The position numbers were made by a program, and so were the translations under genes. A model generated the notes under the pieces. It was not told the origin of the DNA and made no database searches. It saw only the letters and a program-made list of their open reading frames with translations. This document shows positions 49,077 through 64,000 of a stretch of 64,000 nucleotides of DNA, piece by piece. Numbering within the stretch: the first letter of the stretch is position 1; each line of letters begins with the position of its first letter. The stretch is from the human T2T-CHM13v2.0 reference genome, Homo sapiens: assembly GCA_009914755.4 (NCBI GenBank), contig CP086569.2:62272001-62336000 (forward strand). Direction: 5' to 3'.

Positions 49077-51095
49077 TACCTATAGTGGGCAAACGTGATG
49101 CGAACTTTACATAGCTGGAATTGTTAATATTTTGCATTTGTCATATAGAGCAGCAAATGTTAAGAAAACTTGATACTGGGGTATGTGCAAATCAACTCAA
49201 TTTTGGTAGAGTTTTAGCTTAGCCTCTTGCAACTTCTATATTTATTCTATTTTGTAGTGAGAATTGATGTTCATAATTATAATTCTTTGATATCAAAACC
49301 TCTCAAAAATTGTTTACGTGGAATGTTAAATTAGATAGCATCATTTCTTCTATCAGTAGTTAATGAATCCTTTAATGTGTGTGAACTTTGGAAAAACAAA
49401 ATTACAATACATTATGATCAGCTATATAAACCTGTAGTTTACATTGGTTAGGTATGACTGTTTGTCGGCTCTCAGCCCAAAATTCTCAGTAACTTAATGA
49501 TGTCATTAAGGTCCTTTCTCTTCTCTGCTTATCTCCGTGTCTCCTTCTTCCCAGACAGGTTGCCATTATGGTTTCGTAGAGCTACATACTTATTTATTCA
49601 TGTCCGGAGTAGAGGGACTGTGTCTTCTTGAGTGTCTTATTGTAGGAATGAGGAAGCTTTTCCCAGCTGCATGCCCTCCCCTCCCCCTGCTTTCAAAGTG
49701 AACTTCCTTTCATGTCTTATTGGCTGCATGCTCATTTCTAAACTGCCTACTGGCAAAGAGACTTGGAATTGGCATGGTTGCCATAGATCAGGGTTCCTAA
49801 TCTTTATTGTATCACAGACTCGTCACTTGTGGGACACTCCCAGAATGTTTTTGTTTTCTTTTTTTAATTTTCCTTTTCCAGAATGCTTTTAAATGTATAA
49901 AACACACACAATTCTAACAAAGCCAATTATATTGAAATATATATATATATAGTATTCAAAATATTTTAAAAACTTGATGTAGTAATATATATGCTTCTTT
50001 ATGAACTCATTAACAAGATCTAGTCATAGGTCTAATAACTAATAGTCTTGATGTGATGGGTGTTGACAGTATTTTGAGATATCTGTAACTGTGATGGTAT
50101 ACAAAAAAAGATTTCTGTTGGTGACAGTTACAGGTACTGTTTAATACTACCCCGATTATGAATATACAACCTATATTCACAATTGAAATATAAGTTAACG
50201 ATTGATAAAAATAATGATGTGATTTTCTTTTTTTCTATCCAAGTTCAAAGGCCCCTTGAATTTGGACCATTGACCCCAATTTAAGAACCCTTGGCTTAGA
50301 CTAAGCATCTTGGGTGAAAGGGAAATGACTGTCAACCATAGTGATCATCACAATGATTTTTATCTCTGGCTTCACAATATTTTCCAAAAGTACGAAAAAA
50401 TCTAGCTATATGTGAAATGACTGATGTGAAACAGCTTGGAATAGAAGGAAAATACTAATGAAATCTGGGATAGTTAGAGTCGAGCCTCATATTTCTTGAG
50501 CTATAATTTGATACACACATATACATGTATACATAAACACACATACACACATTCATTTTTTTCCTCTAAGGTATTCTTACAGAGAACACACATACTTTTT
50601 GGCTGGCTGGGATTAGACATGAGTATGTCACTTGATCTTTTCAAATATACCACCACTATTGAAAAAATTCGATTTGAAGTTAATATCAGTAGTAGTATCT
50701 GTATGTGTGAAAGACTCTATGATTATTATGGGATTTATTAAACATATTCTTGTGCTGGGCCTTCTAATAGATCTTATGAAATATATGGAGGAAGTAAAAT
50801 TCAATTCCTGATGTCAAGAAGTTGATAACCTAGGTATCATTATCTTCAGTTGTCAATGACCAGATATATCTGGATTCATTCTCAGCTCTTTCATTTACTA
50901 GTTGTTGGACCTTTGGACAAGTTAGTTACTTTTTCAGAGCCTTCCTTTACTTATCTTTAAGATAGGATCAATGCTAGTTCCTCCTCAGATAATCGTTGCT
51001 CAGTAAATGTTAGCTGTTTTTTATTGTTGTTCTTAATCACTCACATCATCTTTGTTTACTTTCTAAATGTGAGTTCTGTGTTGATCTCTTTTCAG

Positions 51096-51233
51096 GATTT
51101 TGAACGTTCCCGAGCCTTTAATTTTCTGAATGAGATAAAGAAGAGGTTCCAGACTACTTACGGTTCAAGAGCACAGACAGCACTTCCATATGCCATGAAT
51201 AGCGAGTTCTCAAGTGTCTTAGCTGCACAGCTG
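51096..51233 (+). CDS. VAMP7: VAMP7 exon 4 (138 nt, phase 0): DFERSRAFNFLNEIKKRFQTTYGSRAQTALPYAMNSEFSSVLAAQL
   Basis: Acceptor tctcttttcag|gat at 51095/51096, donor ctg|gtaaga at 51233/51234; in frame with exon 3. Confidence 0.92.
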
Positions 51234-51789
51234 GTAAGATCTTTCTCAGGATAAGGTATTTTGATTTATATCTTCTTCATTACCTTCAAACACTATGAAT
51301 CTAGGGGGCCCTGACCTGCAATATAGTTTTCTGATTGTGTTACTGTAAGCCAACATAATAAAACTTCCCTGATTAAAAAAAAAATGTAAAGGGGCCATTT
51401 TAGGGTAGAAAACAGTGATAGTCTTTATTATCTCTATTAATAGTGGTCACAGTGTCTCATGATTGGAAGAGCATTAAAGATCATCTAGTTGAACTACCCA
51501 TCTGATGCTTAAATGTGTTCAGCATGCCAAATGATCTTTTAAACTATACGTAAACCTTCTACCCTTCCATGAGGGAAATTTAATTTTCTAACAACCCAAA
51601 TTAATAATTTGAAACTCTCCTCATCTGTTTGAATCCCTAATTGTCAGCTTAGTGAGGTTTTACATGTGAATATACCTGTGAAATACCACTGTACTTAAGA
51701 CAGCATTTTAATCACCCTAAAAGTTCCCTCATATCCCTTACCAGTTGGTCCCCTCCCCTACACTTTGCCCCAGGCAACCACTGATCTGT

Positions 51790-52450
51790 TTTCTATCACT
51801 ATAAATTAGTTTTGTCTTTTATAGAACTTTCTGTAAATAGAATCATACAGTATGTAAACTTTCTGTAAATGGAATCATACAGTATGTACTTTTTTGTGTC
51901 TTGCTTGTTTCAGTCAGTGTAAGGCTCTTGATATTCTTCCATGTTGTATAAATCAGTAGTTTGTTCCCCTTTTTGCTAAGTAGTAGTATATGCATATACC
52001 ACAATTTGTTTATCCATCCACCTGTTGCTGGATATTTGGGTTGCTTCCAGTTTTCAGCTATCATGAATAAAGCTGCTGTTAACCTCCATGTATAAGTCTT
52101 TGTGTGGACATACGTTTTTATTTCTCTCTGATAAATACCTAGGAATGGAATTGCTGGGTCATATGGTAGGTGATGTGTAATTGAAAAAAAAAAAATCACC
52201 ACTTTTTTTTCCAAAGTGGTTGTACCATTTTATATTCTCACCAGCAGTTCCAGTGTCTCTGCGTCCTTGCCAGTACTTGATGTGGTCTTAAGTTTTGCCA
52301 TTCCAGTTGATGTGTAATGGTATCTCATTGTGGTTTTAATTTATGTTTTCATGATGTCAGACACCTTTCGAAATGCTTCCCTTTTATCCATGAAACTATT
52401 TGAGTATAAAGACGTAAGCTCTAGCTATGATTTTGTTGTGAGTTTAAAAA
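51790..52450 (-). mobile_element. Old L1 3' region, minus orientation, with a 26-bp local tandem duplication at 51838-51890
   Basis: …gtatatgcatataccacaatttgtttatccatccacctgttgctggatatttgggttgcttccagttttcagctatcatgaataaagctgctgttaac… …aatggaattgctgggtcatatggtag… …cattgtggttttaatttatgttttcatgatg… typical L1 3' end (reverse complement). Confidence 0.6.
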
Positions 52451-52526
52451 AAAGCTGTATTGTAATGGAATACTTTCACTTCTCCTGTGGTTTTAATACT
52501 CTGAGTATTACATTTCTAAATTTTAT

Positions 52527-52554
52527 GCACACACACACACACACGCACACACAT
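52527..52554. repeat. (CA)n microsatellite, interrupted
   Basis: cacacacacacacacgcacacaca read directly. Confidence 0.9.
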
Positions 52555-53483
52555 ACTCTTCTGGCAATAAAGTCCCTTTAAATTGGTTACTTATAAACCT
52601 TTATTATTCAAGCAGTTGGTTTGTTTCATACTCCCCACTAGGAAATGTTCATCTATGTAAAACTGTATAAAACACTACCCACAACAAAAATACCAGTACT
52701 TAGTCAAAAGTAAAGGGTCAGCTAGAAACAAAACTTTCAAATTAACCAATTTGTCATTAGCTCTAGATCTGTGTGACCTTCTGAACAAAATCTCTACCTG
52801 TTCCTTTGTCTGTAAATAGAGATAATAGCATCGTTTCATAGAGTTTTGGGGTGGATTAAATAATATCCCGTTTGAAGCACTTAACACAATGAAATGACTG
52901 GAACATTGTGTATTAAGCACCCCATAATTGCTAGCTATGGATAAATAATTTCAAACTATATATTATCAGTGTCTTAGATTCTAGATCCTGTGAGAAGCCA
53001 ATAAAAATAGTTTATATGCTGTGATCCTGGCAGATACAAGAACAGATTCTGAGAAGCTGGGCCAGCCCCTACCTCATCATACTCAAGAAGTGGGGAACAA
53101 TTTTGCAGCATTCTTTCCCCCACTGCCCCAACTACAGTCTTCTTTTTCTCCTTTCTTCCTTGTCTGAGCACAGATTATATATCCCCCCCAATCTCTGCCC
53201 CACAAGTCACATGTATATTTGATATAATGTTTATTTTTATTTTATTTAAAATAAGGTAATTTTTAGACTACATACTTATAGTTTGTATAGAAGCATTTTT
53301 TATGCTGCCCATATTTTTTCCTGGGTATTGTAACATTTTTCCAGTGAAGTGACATGTATCTTTTATATCAATAGAGACATAATTTTATAGCATTCCTCAG
53401 TGTAAATTGTCATTCCCCTTATTTTTGTTTTCCTATTGTAAATAATGTCTAGGTACCATAAGTTAAAACTTATTTTCTTATAG

Positions 53484-53574
53484 AAGCATCACTCTGAGAA
53501 TAAGGGCCTAGACAAAGTGATGGAGACTCAAGCCCAAGTGGATGAACTGAAAGGAATCATGGTCAGAAACATAG
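53484..53574 (+). CDS. VAMP7: VAMP7 exon 5 (91 nt, phase 0; ends with 1 nt of the next codon): KHHSENKGLDKVMETQAQVDELKGIMVRNI(D)
   Basis: Acceptor tattttcttatag|aag at 53483/53484, donor atag|gtatgt at 53574/53575; continues the VAMP7 sequence into the SNARE motif; exon 6 is not in the window. Confidence 0.92.
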
Positions 53575-54411
53575 GTATGTTTCATGGCATAGTTTCATGC
53601 ATGTGGGCAAAAATGATAAAGATTACTTGACTGGGGTCAAATTATTCTAGAGAAGCCAAAATAGCACTTCCTTATTCTTACCATTGGAAGTTAATTGTCA
53701 GCTGAGACAACTGTGATACTGTCTGCTTGTGCAAATGGTTTCTTCTTTGTCCTTGCAACTATTCTTCATTCTAAATTTACTAGTTTGCTTAACAAGACTA
53801 ATTTCTAAGAACCTTATGATAATTCAGCAGTTTAGAATAATTTGGTCAGTGTGATTGTACAGTATTTCACTGAGTTAATGTATCACGGGTTACCTAACCT
53901 TGCCTGAATTTTGGACGCATAGGTTCTTTAGCACAGTGTTAGAGTGCTGTTTTGCAACCAGATAAGGAGCTTGCTGAAGAATGTCAATCAATATTGTGCT
54001 TCCTTCACTGAGGCCCTCTTGCTATGAAAATGTCAATTGGACTGAACAGTATGCTTAGAGACTTAGTCAACCAGTTGCAAATACTCTTAAGTAGGACTGA
54101 TTTAGAAGTTTATCCTACAGTAGTAACCATACTGTTATATTTTTGTGCCTATTATGTTTTTCTTATTTTCTTGAGATTAATTATCGGGAATGGGATTAAT
54201 AATCAAAATGCGCAAACGTTTTCGTGGTTCTTGATATGTACGTCTTGGCTATTTAAAGTGATTTCCTTTAATTGATTTTAGTTTTAATTATATATCTAGA
54301 TAGAGACTAGAGAATCTGTTGAGACAACTACTATTTATTTTTATTCTTTTTTTTGTCACCAAATGTATTTATTTTGCCCGAAAGTGGAGGCAGACAATTG
54401 CTACAATATTA

Positions 54412-57364
<2,953 letters not shown>

Positions 57365-57399
57365 AACAGCAAATTTAAAATGTGACAAGAACATTCCTA

Positions 57400-59090
57400 G
57401 TTAATTCCCTTTCATTTTTTTAACAGCTTAATTGAAATATAATTCACATATCATATAATTCACCCATTTAAAGTATACAGTCAGTGGTTACTATATTCAC
57501 AGAATTGTACAACCATTGCTGCAATCAATTTTGTAACATTTTTATCATCCCTAAATGAAGCCCTGTACTCATTTGCAGTTGCTCCTCAACTCTCAGACCT
57601 AAGCAACAATTAATTCCCTTTTCTTCTTCATAAATTTGCCTATTCTGGACATTTCGTATAAATGGAATCTTGTAATATGTGGCCTTTTGTGTCTTCGTTC
57701 ACTTAGCGTAATGATTGTGAGATTCATTCATGTCGTAGCATAAATCAATACTTAATTCTTTTTTATGACTAATAATTCCAATGCATTAATGCATTTTATG
57801 TATCTACTCATTAGTTCATGGTCTGGTTATTATAAATAATGCTGCTATGAACATTTGTGTACAAGTTTTTGTGTGAGCATATATATATATTATATATTAT
57901 ATATATATATATGTTTTTGGTTCTCTTGCTTACATACCTAGGAATAGAATTGCTGGATCACATGGCAACTTTGTAACATTTTGAAGAAGGGCCAAACTTT
58001 CCTAAAGTGACTGCACCTTTATACATTCCTAATAGCAATGTATGAGGATTCTGATTCCTCCACATCCTTGCCAAAACTTATCTTTTTTGATTATACCCAG
58101 TCTAGTGAAATGGTACTTTATTGTGATTTTGATTTGCATTTCCCTGATGACTAATGATGTTGAGCATTTTTTCATGTGCTTATAGGCCATTCGTATATTT
58201 TCTTTACCTTTGGAGAAATGTCTATTTAAAAATACTTTATTGTTTTTAAGTGGGTTATTTGTCTTTTTATGGTTGAGCTATAACAGTACTTTATATATTC
58301 TGGATACTAGACCCTTATCAGATACATGATTTTCAAATATTTTGCTCTATTCTGTGAGTTGTCTTTTCATTTTCTTGATGGTGTTCTTTGAAGCACAACA
58401 GTTTTTATGAAGTCCAATTTATTTTTTTCTTTAGTTTGTGCTTTGAATAACATATCTAAGAAACTGTCGCCTAAGCCAAGATCATGAAGATTTACTACTT
58501 TGTTTTCTTCTAAGACTAGTTTTAGCTCTTACATTTCTATCTATGATCTATTTTGAGTTAATGTTTATGTATGGAATAAAGAAGAGATCCAACTTAATTC
58601 TGTTGAATATGTATATACAGTTGTTCCAGAACCATTTGCTGAAAAGGCTTTTCTTTCCCTGTTGAATGATCTTAGCATTCTTATCAAAAATTAGTTATCA
58701 ATGGATGTATAGCTTTGTTTCTGGACCTTCAGTTCTGTTCAGTTTATCTTTATGCCAGTACCAGGCTGTCATGATTATTATAGCTTTGTAGTAGGTTTTA
58801 AAATCAGGAAATATTCATCTTCCAACTTTATTCTTTCTCAAAATTGCTTTGACTATTCTGGGTACCTTTCATTTTCATGAACTTTAGGATGAGCTTGTCA
58901 ATTTCAGATAGCAAAAAAAGCTATCTGGGATTTTGATAGGGATTGTGTTGAATCTGTAGATCAATTAGGGGAGCCATTTTAACAATATTAAACTTCTGAT
59001 CCATGAACATGGGCTTTCTTTCTATTCATTTAGGTTTTCTTTAATTTTTTCCAACAATGTTTTGTAGTTTTCAGTGTGCAAGTCTTACAT
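57400..59090 (-). mobile_element. Older L1 (3'UTR + ORF2 C-terminal region), minus orientation; host of the young L1 insertion
   Basis: …ggtactttattgtgattttgatttgcatttccctgatgactaatgatgttgagcattttttcatgtgcttataggccat…tttggagaaatgtctatt… and further L1 ORF2-like sequence in reverse. Confidence 0.65.
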
Positions 59091-59529
59091 GACAAAGACT
59101 CTGCTTCACCAAATTTTAGACAAGCTCCTCTGAGCACTCTGTTAAACTAGGTCTCATCCTCGGGCTCTGTCCTTGGCCTGCCTAAGGAAGTCTTAGCAAA
59201 GAATCCTGCTAATACCCCACCCTTGATCAAGTTCCTTGTCCCCTATATTTGATATATAAGTCCGGCCAGCTTTTAGCAGGAATCCTGTTAGGCCAGTTTA
59301 GAGAGAATCCCCTTGCCCTTGATGCCTCCTCTTAGTAATTTTCCATCCTCTGACCCCCTCACTCTGTTCATTGGCCACAAATCCCCACTGGTCTTGGTTG
59401 TGTTAGGAGTTGAGCTCAATCTCTCCCCTCCATTGTGATAGCCTTGACCCCTATTGCAGTAATCTCAAAATCTGCCTTACCATTTTTAAACCAGTGTCAG
59501 AATAATTTTTCTTTAACAATATCTCTTCT

Positions 59530-60228
59530 AACATCCTTCTTGCCTTGTTCCTAAGTATTTTTTTATGCTATTGTAAGTGGAATTTTTCTCTTTCATTTTC
59601 GGATTGTTCAGTACTAATGTATAGAAATTTTATTGATTTTTATAAATTGGTGTTGTATCATACAACCTTGTTCTCATTTATTAGTTCTAATAGCTTTTTA
59701 ATAGTTTCCTTAGGATTTTCTCTATATAGAATCATGCTACTTGCAAATAGAGATAGTTTTAATTCTTCCTTTTCAATCTGGATGCTTTTCATTTCTTTTT
59801 ATTGCTTAATTGCCCTAGCTAGAACCTCCAGTATAATGTTGAATAGAAGTGGTAAGAGTGGACATCATTGTCTTATTCCTGCTCTTAGGGAGATCTTGAA
59901 GAATCTTCCACAATTAAGTATGAGGTTAGCTGTGGGTTTTTCATAGATGTCCTTTATCAGGTTGAGGAAGTTTCTTTTTCTTATTTGTTGAGTGGTTTTA
60001 TCATTAAACAGTGTTGGATTTTGTCAATTTTTTTTACATCTATTGAAATGATGGTTTTTGTTCTTTATTAATATGATGTATTATAACAATTGATTTTCAG
60101 ATATTAAATCAACCTTGTGTTTCTGAAATGAATCCCACTGCATCATGGTGTATAGTCCTTTTTGCATATTATTGGATTCATCCTGCCAGTAGTCTGTTGA
60201 GGATTTGTTAAATGTCTGTATTTTTAAG
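59530..60228 (-). mobile_element. Older L1 ORF2 fragment, minus orientation
   Basis: …gaacctccagtataatgttgaatagaagtggtaagagtggacatcattgtcttattcctg… = reverse of L1 ORF2 region. Confidence 0.55.
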
Positions 60229-60253
60229 AGTTGTTGGTATATCATTTTCTTTT

Positions 60254-61583
60254 ATTTATTTATTTATTTTATTATTTTTTTTTATTGATCATTCTTGGGT
60301 GTTTCTCACAGACGGGGATTTGGCAGGGTCATGGGACAATAGTGGAGGGAAGATCAGCAGATAAACAAGTGAACAAAGGTCTCTGGTTTTCCTAGGCAGA
60401 GGACCCTGCGGCCTTCCACAGTGTTTGTGTCCCTGGGTACTTGAGATTAGGGAGTGGTGATGACTCTTAACGAGCATGCTGCCTTCAAGCATCTGTTTAA
60501 CAAAGCACATTTGCACCGCCCTTAATCCATTTAACCCTGAGTGGACACAGCACATGTTTCAGAGAGCACAGGGTTGGGGGTAAGGTCATAGATCAACAGG
60601 ATCCCAAGGCAGAAGAATTTTTCTTAGTACAGAACAAAATGAAAAGTCTCCCATGTCTACTTCTTTCTTCACAGACACAGCAACCATCCGATTTCTCAAT
60701 CTTTTCCCCACCTTTCCCCCTTTTCTATTCCACAAAACCGCCATTGTCATCATGGCCCGTTCTCAATGAGCTATTGGGTACACCTCCCAGACGGGGCGGC
60801 TGCTGGGCGGAGGGGCTCCTCACTTCGCAGACGGGGCGGCTGCCGGGTGGAGGGTCTCCTCACTTCTCAGACAGGGCGGCCGGGCAGCGACGCTCCTCAC
60901 CTCCCAGAAGGGGCGGCGGGGCAGAGGCGCTCCCCACATCTCAGACGATGGGCGGCCGGGCAGAGACGCTCCTCACTTCCTAGATGGGATGGCGGCTGGG
61001 CAGAGACGCTCCTCACTTCCTAGATGGGATGGCGGCCGGGCAGAGATGCTCCTCACTTTCCAGACTGGGCAGCCAGGCAGAGGGGCTCCTCACATCCCAG
61101 ACGATGGGTGCCCAGGCAGAGACGCTCCTCACTTCCCAGACGGGGTGGCGGCTGGGCAGAGGCTGCAATCTCGGCACTTTGGGAGGCCAAGGCAGGCGGC
61201 TGGGAGGTGGAGGTTGCAGCGAGCCGAGATCGCGCCACTGCACTCCAGCCTGGGCACCATTGAGCACTGAGTGAACGAGACTCCGTCTGCAATCCCGGCA
61301 CCTCGGGAGGCCGAGGCTGGCGGATCACTCGCGGTTAGCAGCTGGAGACCAGCCCGGCCAACACAGCGAAACCCCGTCTCCACCAAAAAAATACGAAAAC
61401 CAGTCAGGCGTGGCAGCACTCGGCAGGCTGAGGCAGGAGAATCAGGCAGGGAGGTTGCAGTGAGCCGAGATAGCAGTAGTACAGTCCAGCTTCGGCTGGG
61501 CATCAGAGGGAGACCGTGGAAAGAGAGGGAGAGGGAGACCGTGGGGAGAGTGAGAGGGGGAGGGGGAGAGGGAGAGGGAGAGC
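60254..61583 (-). mobile_element. SVA retrotransposon (hominid-specific composite), antisense to VAMP7: T-rich tail 60254-60286, SINE-R 60287-60760, VNTR about 60770-61160, Alu-like about 61160-61500, (CCCTCT)n hexamers 61500-61583 (read as agaggg on +); TSD cattttctttt at 60243-60253 and 61584-61594
   Basis: Reverse-complement SVA architecture read directly (…ggatcccaaggcagaagaatttttcttagtacagaacaaaatgaaaagtctcccatgtctacttctttc…; GC-rich 35-50 bp tandem units …cctcacttcccagacggggcggc…; …gagagggagagggagaccgtggggagagtgagagggggagggggagagggagagggagag). Confidence 0.92.
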
Positions 61584-61779
61584 CATTTTCTTTTCTTGTG
61601 ATGTCTTTGTTTGGTTTTGATACCAGGGTAATGCTGGGCTCATAGAATGAGTCAAGAAGTGTTCCCCTTTTCTTCTATTTTGGAAAGATTTGTGAAAGTT
61701 TTGTATTAATTCTTGAAATGTTTGGTAGAATTCACCTTTGAAGCCACCTGGGCTTGGGCTTTTCTTTGTGTGAAGCTTT

Positions 61780-62120
61780 TTTGTTTTTGTTTTTGTTTTT
61801 TGAGATGGGGTCTGTCTGTCACCCAGGCTGGAGTGCAGTGACATGATCCTCTCTAATTCCTCTTTCATTCCCTTGGTGGGAGGGTTACCTGCAGCCTTGA
61901 CCTCCTGGGCTCCGGTAATCTTCCCACCTCAGCCTCCCAAGCAGCTGGGACTGCAGGCATGTGCCACCACACCTGGCTAATTTTTGTTTTTTGGTTTTTT
62001 TGTAGAGACAAGGTCTTGCCATGTTGCCCAGGCTAGTCTCAAACTCCTGGGCTCAAGCGATCCACTTGCCTCAGCCTACCAAAGTGCTAGGATTACAGGC
62101 ATGAGCCTCCATGCCCGGCC
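61780..62120 (-). mobile_element. Old Alu (AluJ-like), minus orientation, with a 38-bp internal insertion (about 61841-61878)
   Basis: ttttgtttttgtttttgtttttttgagatggggtctgtctgtcacccaggctggagtgcagtgacatgatc[ctctctaattcctctttcattcccttggtgggagggttac]ctgcagccttgacctcctgggctc… to …gagcctccatgcccggcc. Confidence 0.8.
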
Positions 62121-62799
62121 TGAAGTTTTAAAATTACTGATTTAGTCTCTATGCTTGCTGTAGCTATTCAGATTTTTTATTTCTTCTTGAGTCTGTTTAG
62201 CAGTTTGTATCTTTCTAGGAATTTGTGCATTTCATCTAAGTTACCTAATTTATTTACACACTCCTGTTTATAGAATTCCCCTAAGATCCTCTTCATTTTG
62301 TAAGTTTGGTGGTGATGTCTCCTCTTTCATTTCTGATTTTAGTAATGTAAGTTTTTTCTGTTTTACTTGGTCATTCTACGTAAAGGTTTGTCAATTTTAT
62401 TGATCTTTCTAAAGAACCAACTTCTGGTTTCATAGATTTTTTTTCTATAGTTTTTCTGTTCTCTATTTAATTTGTTCACCCTAATATTTATTTCCTTCCC
62501 ACTGCTAGCTTTAGATTTAGTTTACCCTTCTTTTCTAGATCCATAAGGTAGAAAGTTAAGTTGTTAGGTTGTTAATTTGAGATCATTTGTCTTAGCTCAG
62601 GCTGCCATAACAAAATTCCATAGACGTAGTGACTTAAACAACAGAAATTTATTTTCTCACATTTCTGGAGGCTAGAAGTCCAAGATCACGGTGCCAGTAT
62701 GGTCAGGTTCTGGTAAGGGCTCTCTTCCTGGCTTGCAGACAGCATCTTCTCTCTCTGTTCTCCCATCAGGCAAGGAAAAGAGAGCTAGCTGTCTAGTGT

Positions 62800-64000
62800 C
62801 TTTTATTTAATTGATACATAATATTTGTACACATTTATGGGGTACGTGTGATATTTTGTTACATGCAAAGACTGTGTAATGATCAAGTCAGGATATATGG
62901 GGTGTCCATCAGCTCAAGAATTTATTTCTGTGTGATGGGAACATTTCAAATTCTCTCTTCTAGCTATTTTGAAATATATAATACACTATTGTTAACTTTA
63001 GTCACCCTACTCTGCTATCAAACATTAGAACTTATTCCTTCTATCCAACTGTGTGTTTGTACCTATTAACCATCCTCTCATATTCCCTGCTCGGCCCCAC
63101 ATACCCACACCCTTCCTAGCCTCTGGTATCTATTGTGCTATTGTCTACCTCCATGAGATCAACTGTTTTAGTTCCCACATGTGAGTAAGAACATGTGATA
63201 TTTGTCTTTCCATGCCTGCCTTATATCACTTAACATAATAACCTCCAGTTACATCCATGTTGCTGTAAATGGCATGACTTCATTCTATTTCATGGTCAAA
63301 TAGTATTCCATTGTGTTTATAAACCACATTTTCTTTATCCATTCATCCATTCATGGACACTTAGGTTGACTCCATATCTTTGCTATTGTGAATAGGGATG
63401 CAATAAATATGCAAGTGCAGATATCCCGTCTATACACTGATTTCTTTTCCTTTGCATAAATACCCAGTAGTAGGATTGCTGGATCATATGGTAGTTTAAT
63501 TTTTAGTTTTTGGGGAAATCTCCACACTGGTTTCCATAGTAGCTGCACTAGTTTACTTTCCCACCAACAGTGTGTAAGTGTTTTTTTTTTTTTTCCTTAT
63601 ACTAGCCAGCATCTGTTATTTTGTATCTTTTTAGTAACCATTCTAACTGGGGTAACATGATATCTCATTTTGGCTTTTATTTGCATTTCTATGATGTTGA
63701 GCATTTTTTCATATACCTTTTGGCCATTTGTATGTCTTCTTTTGAGAAATGGCTATTCATGTCCTCTGCCCACTTTTTAAGGGGATTATTTGTATATCTC
63801 CTGTTGAGTTCATTATATATTCTGGATATTATTCCCTTATCAAATGAATAGTTTGCAACTATTTTCTCCCATTCAACTGGTTGTCTCTTCACTCTTGATT
63901 ATTTCCTTTGCTGTGCAAAAGCTTTTTTGTTTAATATAGTCCTATTTGTCTATTTTTCTTTTCGTTACCTGTCCTTTTGAGGTGTTAGCCATAAAATCTT
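62800..64000 (-). mobile_element. Old L1 3' end (3'UTR + ORF2 C-terminus), minus orientation, runs to window edge
   Basis: …ggggtacgtgtgatattttgttacatgcaaagactgtgtaatgatcaagtcaggatatatggggtgtccatcagctcaag… and …catggacacttaggttgactccatatctttgctattgtgaatagggatgcaataaatat… typical L1 3' region in reverse. Confidence 0.75.

Noticed and set aside
60639-61868. Cluster of overlapping 79-124 aa ORFs on both strands (for example 60639-60983, 61129-61503, 61271-61645, 61503-61868) that could look like a dense gene cluster
   Set aside because: They are read-throughs of the GC-rich VNTR, Alu-like and hexamer regions of an SVA retrotransposon, which are low-complexity and stop-poor; no coding signal

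Overview
This window is human genomic DNA, not a prokaryotic locus. Most of it is primate retroelements: Alu, L1, SVA, a HERV9 LTR12 solo LTR, MaLR LTRs, MIR and short hAT-type DNA transposons. Only four short coding exons and two CpG-rich blocks stand out from the repeats. The exons at 42448-42593, 48607-48664, 51096-51233 and 53484-53574 (all + strand) translate in phase to MAILFAVVARGTTILAKHAWCGGNFLEVTEQILAKIPSENNKLTYSHG / NYLFHYICQDRIVYLCITDD / DFERSRAFNFLNEIKKRFQTTYGSRAQTALPYAMNSEFSSVLAAQL / KHHSENKGLDKVMETQAQVDELKGIMVRNI(D). I recognise that as the N-terminal longin domain and start of the SNARE motif of VAMP7 (TI-VAMP/SYBL1), whose gene lies in the Xq28/Yq12 pseudoautosomal region PAR2. 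The window therefore covers the VAMP7 promoter region and exons 1 (putative) to 5, transcribed left to right. A dense CpG island at about 33990-34700 carries ZNF143-, NF-Y- and ETS/GABP-type motifs and a consensus splice donor at 34428/34429, and is the best candidate for the VAMP7 promoter and non-coding exon 1. A second, weaker CpG-rich block at about 27200-28100, followed by a perfect donor at 28575/28576, lies 6-7 kb further upstream and is unexplained. Notable repeat structures include an L1 with a 5' inversion (twin-priming architecture), a 5'-truncated young L1, an SVA in antisense, a young AluY with perfect target-site duplication, a perfect 7-copy minisatellite, and a duplicated 27-bp perfect palindrome. 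I found no evidence of any novel or undescribed system. Nearly all ORFs in the supplied six-frame track are translations of Alu, L1 ORF2, SVA VNTR or CpG-island sequence. Coordinates of repeat boundaries are approximate (within about 10-20 bp) unless a target-site duplication is given.
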